This document shows positions 59,526 to 64,000 of a stretch of 64,000 bases of DNA, piece by piece. A program made the position numbers and the translations under genes. Source of the stretch: Pseudomonadota bacterium (GTDB taxonomy: Bacteria; Pseudomonadota; Gammaproteobacteria; Ectothiorhodospirales; Ectothiorhodospiraceae); the NCBI GenBank assembly GCA_051747025.1, contig JBNJFQ010000012.1:1529-65528 (forward strand), given 5' to 3'. The notes beneath the pieces are model-generated. The model was given only the letters and a program-made list of their open reading frames with translations, was not told where the DNA came from and searched no databases. How positions within the stretch are numbered: the stretch's first letter is position 1; each line of letters opens with the position of its first letter.

Positions 59526-60476
59526 TCAGCGAGCGGTGGGGAGCAGGTGGTCGATGAATTGGCCGGCGATATCCGCGTCCAGCGCCCGGTCCAGTTCGCG
59601 CACGCCGGTGGGGCTGGTCACATTGATCTCTGTCAGGTACTCGCCGATTACGTCGATCCCGACGAACTCGAGGCCGCGGGCCTCGAGTTCCGGAGCGATC
59701 TGTGTGCAGATCCAGCGGTCGCGATCGCTCAGAGGGACTGCTTCGCCGCGCCCCCCGGCGGCGAGGTTGGCGCGACTCTCGCCGGCCGCCGGGATGCGTG
59801 CCAGGGCGTGATCGAATGGCCGGCCCCCGATCAGGATGATGCGCTTGTCCCCGGCGGTGTATTCCGGCAGGAAGCGTTGCGCGACGATGGTGCGCCGGTC
59901 GAACTCGGTCATTACCTCCAGGATCACTGAGGTATTCGGGTCACCCTGACGGATGCGAAAGACCGAGGCGCCACCCATGCTGTCGAGTGGCTTTACCACG
60001 ATCTCCCCCTGGGTTTCGAGGAACGCGCGAATGCGCGCGCGATCGCGCGTAATCAGGGTGGGGGGGCAGCACTGGGGAAAGCGGGTAGTGAAGGCCTTTT
60101 CGTTGACATCACGCAACGCCTGCGGACGGTTCACGACGCGCAGCCCGGCGGACTCCGCCAGTTCCAGGGCATAGGTGCTGTAGACGAACTCGAGATCGAA
60201 TGGTGGGTCCTTGCGCATCAGCAGCAGGTCGAACCGCGTGGCCGGGCCAGTCGCGGGATCGCCCAGGGCAAAGAATTCGTCGTGCTGGTCGCGGACCGTC
60301 ACCGGGCGTGACCAGGCCCGGGCCTCGCCGCCTTCGATCCAGAGATCGCCCGATTCCAGATAGTGCAGGCGGTGCCCGCGCGCCTGCGCCGCGAGCATCA
60401 TGGCGAAGGTCGTGTCTTTCCGGGGTTTGATCCCGGTGATCGGGTCCATCAGGATGGCAATGTCGTGTGGCACCAA
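59526..60476 (-). CDS. gshB: Glutathione synthetase
   Basis: MDPI..IKP.KDTTFAMM, ATP-grasp motifs (VVKPLDSMGG, GDKRI), and its position divergent from pilG as in Pseudomonas. Confidence 0.93.
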   Translation of the reverse strand: MVPHDIAILMDPITGIKPRKDTTFAMMLAAQARGHRLHYLESGDLWIEGGEARAWSRPVTVRDQHDEFFALGDPATGPATRFDLLLMRKDPPFDLEFVYSTYALELAESAGLRVVNRPQALRDVNEKAFTTRFPQCCPPTLITRDRARIRAFLETQGEIVVKPLDSMGGASVFRIRQGDPNTSVILEVMTEFDRRTIVAQRFLPEYTAGDKRIILIGGRPFDHALARIPAAGESRANLAAGGRGEAVPLSDRDRWICTQIAPELEARGLEFVGIDVIGEYLTEINVTSPTGVRELDRALDADIAGQFIDHLLPTAR

Positions 60477-60598
60477 CGCTCCGGCGAGAAGGGATGTCCA
60501 GGGGAGTATGCCATGCGCGGTAATATCATTGACTACTGTTTGTCAGCAGCAGTTCGATTCGATAGATTCGGAAGGGCTGACTGCATCAGGGGGAGAAG

Positions 60599-61015
60599 GT
60601 GTCTAACGCGCTTGCTGAAGCGGACTCGGCCACCGAGTTTCAGGGACTGAAGGTCATGGTGATTGATGACAGCAAGACCATTCGGCGCACTGCCGAGTCC
60701 TTGCTGCAGAAGCACGGGGCCGAAGTGATTACTGCCGTGGACGGCTTCGAGGCGTTGTCCAAGGTCGTGGAGTCGTGCCCCGACATCATCTTCATCGATG
60801 TCATGATGCCGCGCCTGGACGGCTACCAGACCTGTGCCTTGATCAAGAACAACAAGCAGTTCCGGGCCACTCCGATCATTATGCTCTCGAGCAAGGATAG
60901 CGTCTTTGACAAGGCCAAGGGGCGTGTGGTCGGCTCGGAGGATTATCTGACCAAGCCCTTTACCCGGGACGATCTGCTGGGCGCGATGCGCGAATACGCG
61001 CGCCCCCCGGGCTAG
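60599..61015 (+). CDS. pilG: Twitching-motility response regulator PilG (CheY-like)
   Basis: VMVIDDSKTIRR, IFIDVMMPRLDGYQ and KPF. GTG start with a GGAGAAG Shine-Dalgarno. Confidence 0.88.
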   Translation: MSNALAEADSATEFQGLKVMVIDDSKTIRRTAESLLQKHGAEVITAVDGFEALSKVVESCPDIIFIDVMMPRLDGYQTCALIKNNKQFRATPIIMLSSKDSVFDKAKGRVVGSEDYLTKPFTRDDLLGAMREYARPPG

Positions 61016-61054
61016 TGGCGGCTCCGGCAGGCGCACATTACCGAAACAAGGAAG

Positions 61055-61426
61055 ATGAATACCATGGCCCGTATCCTGATCGTTGACGACTCCCCCACCG
61101 AGATCCACGTGCTGCGCACCATGCTCGAGAAAAACGGGCATTCGGTGACCACCGCCGAGAGCGGCGAGGAAGGCGTGGCCGCTGCCAGGGCGCAGGTGCC
61201 CGATCTGGTCCTGATGGACGTGGTTATGCCGGGTCTGAACGGTTTCCAGGCGACCCGCGAACTGTCCAAGTCGGATGAGACTGCGCATGTGCCGGTGGTG
61301 GTGGTCAGCACCAAGGATCAGGCCACGGACCGGGTCTGGGCCATGCGCCAGGGCGCGCGAGACTACATTACCAAGCCGGTGGAGGAGAAATCCCTGCTGG
61401 AAACCATCGGCAAATACCTGTCGTAA
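61055..61426 (+). CDS. pilH: Twitching-motility response regulator PilH (CheY-like)
   Basis: ILIVDDSPTE, LVLMDVVMPGLNGF and ITKP. Second receiver domain in the pilGHIJ order. Confidence 0.88.
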   Translation: MNTMARILIVDDSPTEIHVLRTMLEKNGHSVTTAESGEEGVAAARAQVPDLVLMDVVMPGLNGFQATRELSKSDETAHVPVVVVSTKDQATDRVWAMRQGARDYITKPVEEKSLLETIGKYLS

Positions 61427-62004
61427 TGAACGTTGACCTGGCCTCGCCGTTTGCTCTGCTTGCGAGCCTCGACCGCGAAGCCCGGCGCGTCAATCGCGAA
61501 CTGCGGCGCGATATCGGGACGGGGTGGCGCGGAGTCCTTCTGCGCGTGGCGGATTTCCGCTTTCTGGTGGACATGGATTCACTGTCCGAGGTGACGGATC
61601 CGCTGCATCTGACGCACGTGCCGCTGGCGGACCCCTCGGTTCTGGGGGTCGGCAATCTGCGCGGCTTGGTGCTGCCGGTGTTCGACATGGGACAGCTCCT
61701 GCTGGAAACGCCGCTGCCGCCGGATGCGGCCGGGCAGCGCGTCGTTGTGGCGCCGCAGGGCCAGGGCATGGCCGGACTGCTGGTCAGCCAGGTCGAGGGG
61801 ATGCGGCGTTGCATCCCGTCCCAGCGGCGCCTCGAGGTTGCGGTTCCGGAGACCGCCCGGCCCTATATTTCCGGCGGATTCGATCTCGGGCACCGGCTGC
61901 ATCCGGTGCTGGATCTGGATCTGCTTCTGAACGATACCAATCGCTTCTCGGGCATGGGCATGTCCGGAATGCCGCATACGGAACAGTCAGCCGCGGTCGT
62001 CTAG
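61426..62004 (+). CDS. pilI: CheW-like coupling protein PilI
   Basis: CheW-domain pattern (W.GVLLRV.D..FLV....V.EV, P.....V.GV.NLRG...PVFD). TAATG overlap with pilH. Confidence 0.85.
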   Translation: MNVDLASPFALLASLDREARRVNRELRRDIGTGWRGVLLRVADFRFLVDMDSLSEVTDPLHLTHVPLADPSVLGVGNLRGLVLPVFDMGQLLLETPLPPDAAGQRVVVAPQGQGMAGLLVSQVEGMRRCIPSQRRLEVAVPETARPYISGGFDLGHRLHPVLDLDLLLNDTNRFSGMGMSGMPHTEQSAAVV

Positions 62005-62042
62005 GGCTTTAGACGGCCGGACTGCAACAGGGGGTACGCCTT

Positions 62043-64000
62043 ATGGGATCGAGTCGTCGATTGCGCAATCTGGTTCTGGGAGGGCTGCTGGTGCTGGCCC
62101 TGATCGCGACGGGCGGTGCCTTCACCTTCCACGAGTTCGAGCAGGGCCAGTACCGCGACCGCATCGCGCTGGCCAATGACCTGCGATTGCTGTCGCAGCG
62201 CCTTGCGACCGGGGCACTGGAAGCCTCCGCCGGGTCCGAGCAGGCATTTGCCGATATCGCCGACCTGCGTGACCAGTTCGACGCGCACCTGGATCGCATC
62301 CGCGAGGGCGGCGCGGGTCTGCAATCCCTCCCGCAGGGGCTGGAGGAGGATCTGGGTCAAGTGGAGCGCGCCTGGGCCGCATATCGCGACGACATCAACA
62401 CGGTCATCCTCGGGCGCACCGATATCGAGCAGATCACCGAGTTTTCCGAGGCGGTGTCGGCGTTTTCCCCGGAACTGGCCCGGCTGTCGGATGAGGTGGT
62501 GCGGCGCATGGCGCAGATCGGCGAGCCGTCCCAGCAGATCTACGTGGCCTCGCGCCAGACCATGCTGATCCAGCGCATCGCCAACAGCCTGAGCCAGGTG
62601 TTGCAGGGTGGCACCGCGGCGGCTACGGCCATCGAGCGTTTCGAGCGGGATGCCACCCTGTTCGGACGGGTGCTGGATGGGCTGATCGAAGGCTTCGAAC
62701 CCCTGGGCGTGGAGCCGGTTGACGATCCCGCCACCCAGGAGATGCTGAACGAGATTGCGACCCTGTTCATCGCCTTCAGCGAGGCAGTGGAAGGCGTGCT
62801 GGATACCTCCAGCCGGGTGTTCGAGGTCAATGCGGCGGCCGCCGGCGTGGAGCGCCAGAGCAGCGAAATGCTGGCCGTCACCGGCGAGCTCGAGACAGCC
62901 ATCACCCGCGAGGCCGAGGCGGCCGGGATCATTGCCATCATCGGGTTTGCGTTCGGGGGCGCGGCCTTGGTCCTGCTGATCCTGATGGGCCTGTTCCTGT
63001 ACCGCGACACCAAGCGCGAACTCGCGGAGACAGAGGCGCAGAACGAGCGCAACCAGCAGGCGATCCTGCGCCTGCTGGACGAGATGATGAACCTGGCGGA
63101 TGGCGACCTTACGGTGAACGCGACGGTGACCGAGGACTTCACCGGCGCGATTGCCGACTCGATGAATTACGCGATCGAGAACCTGCGTACGCTGGTCGCC
63201 ACCATCAACTCGGTGGCGGCCGATGTGTCCGAATCCTCTGCCAATACACGGGGGCAGGTGCTGGGACTGGCCGAGAAGTCCGAGGAGCAGGCTCGCGAGA
63301 TCCAGCAGGCCAACGACGCGATCGACGAGGTGACCCGCTCGGTCGACAAGGTGGCCCAGGACGCCGAAGAATCTGCATCGGTGGCGCGTAACTCGGTGGA
63401 GATTGCCTCGCGCGGGGCCGCCACTGTGCGCAGGTCCATCGAGGGGATGGACGATATCCGTGAGCAGATCCAGGAGACTGCGAAACGGATCAAGCGCCTC
63501 GGCGAATCTTCCCAGGAGATCGGCGACATTATCGGGCTGATCAACGACATCGCCGAACAGACCAACGTGCTCGCACTGAATGCGGCAATCCAGGCATCGG
63601 CCGCGGGCGAGGCCGGGCGCGGGTTCGCGGTGGTCGCGGACGAGGTCCAGCGTCTGGCGGAACGCTCGTCCGGCGCAACCCGACAGGTGGAAGGCCTGGT
63701 CAAGGCCATCCAGGCGGATACCAGCGAGGCGGTTAGTTCCATGGAGCAAAGTACGGCCAACGTGGTTGCCGGCGCCGAGCTGGCCCAGGCGGCGGGCGAG
63801 GCGCTGTCCGAGATCGAACAGGTGTCCGCGGATCTTGCCGACTTGATCGACGGTATCTCGTCGTCTGCACGCAAGCAGTCGGAAATGGCCCAGAACGTGA
63901 CCTCGATCATGGCCCAGATCCGCAAGATCACTTCCGAAACCACCCAAGGTACCCAGTCCACGGCCGCCGCGATCGGCGACCTGGCCCAGCTGTCCCAGCA
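62043..64000 (+). CDS. pilJ: Methyl-accepting chemotaxis protein PilJ (partial; continues past the right edge)
   Basis: Own translation from ATG 62043: [25 protein letters not shown]..., a second TM segment [23 protein letters not shown], and the MCP signalling hairpin [40 protein letters not shown]. The frame stays open to 64000. Confidence 0.9.
   Translation, partial: MGSSRRLRNLVLGGLLVLALIATGGAFTFHEFEQGQYRDRIALANDLRLLSQRLATGALEASAGSEQAFADIADLRDQFDAHLDRIREGGAGLQSLPQGLEEDLGQVERAWAAYRDDINTVILGRTDIEQITEFSEAVSAFSPELARLSDEVVRRMAQIGEPSQQIYVASRQTMLIQRIANSLSQVLQGGTAAATAIERFERDATLFGRVLDGLIEGFEPLGVEPVDDPATQEMLNEIATLFIAFSEAVEGVLDTSSRVFEVNAAAAGVERQSSEMLAVTGELETAITREAEAAGIIAIIGFAFGGAALVLLILMGLFLYRDTKRELAETEAQNERNQQAILRLLDEMMNLADGDLTVNATVTEDFTGAIADSMNYAIENLRTLVATINSVAADVSESSANTRGQVLGLAEKSEEQAREIQQANDAIDEVTRSVDKVAQDAEESASVARNSVEIASRGAATVRRSIEGMDDIREQIQETAKRIKRLGESSQEIGDIIGLINDIAEQTNVLALNAAIQASAAGEAGRGFAVVADEVQRLAERSSGATRQVEGLVKAIQADTSEAVSSMEQSTANVVAGAELAQAAGEALSEIEQVSADLADLIDGISSSARKQSEMAQNVTSIMAQIRKITSETTQGTQSTAAAIGDLAQLSQ

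Overview
A visibly GC-rich (about two-thirds G+C by eye, not computed) gammaproteobacterial chromosome segment that is almost entirely core or housekeeping. Gene order matches Pseudomonas-type conserved blocks: hemA-prfA-prmC; TPR-lolB-ispE-tRNA(Gln)-prs-rplY-pth-ychF; rnt / aceE-aceF-lpd; argG; mlaA-mpl-ubiX; proC-yggS / pilT-pilU; pyrC'-pyrB-pyrR-ruvX-yqgE-tonB-gshB / pilG-pilH-pilI-pilJ. The lineage guess is Chromatiales or Ectothiorhodospiraceae-like, at low confidence. Genes are tightly packed, with many ATGA, GTGA and TAATG start/stop overlaps. I found no transposase, integrase, prophage, CRISPR array or recognisable defence island, and no convincing large novel multi-gene system. The observations most worth a second look are: (1) a tandem tRNA-Gln pair whose upstream copy has a 69-nt insertion inside the T-loop but keeps a compensated acceptor stem; (2) an approximately 85-90 nt intergenic repeat family present three times; (3) an apbE / NusG-II / Gx-transporter trio sitting between gshB and tonB; (4) a PyrK-like flavoprotein coupled to a pseudo-dihydroorotase in the pyr operon; (5) an in-frame MBL-fold/GGDEF-tail chimera; (6) two paralogous periplasmic-binding-protein sensors wired to opposite c-di-GMP outputs. 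All product calls come from reading the supplied translations and my own translations against remembered family motifs. No database search was run.
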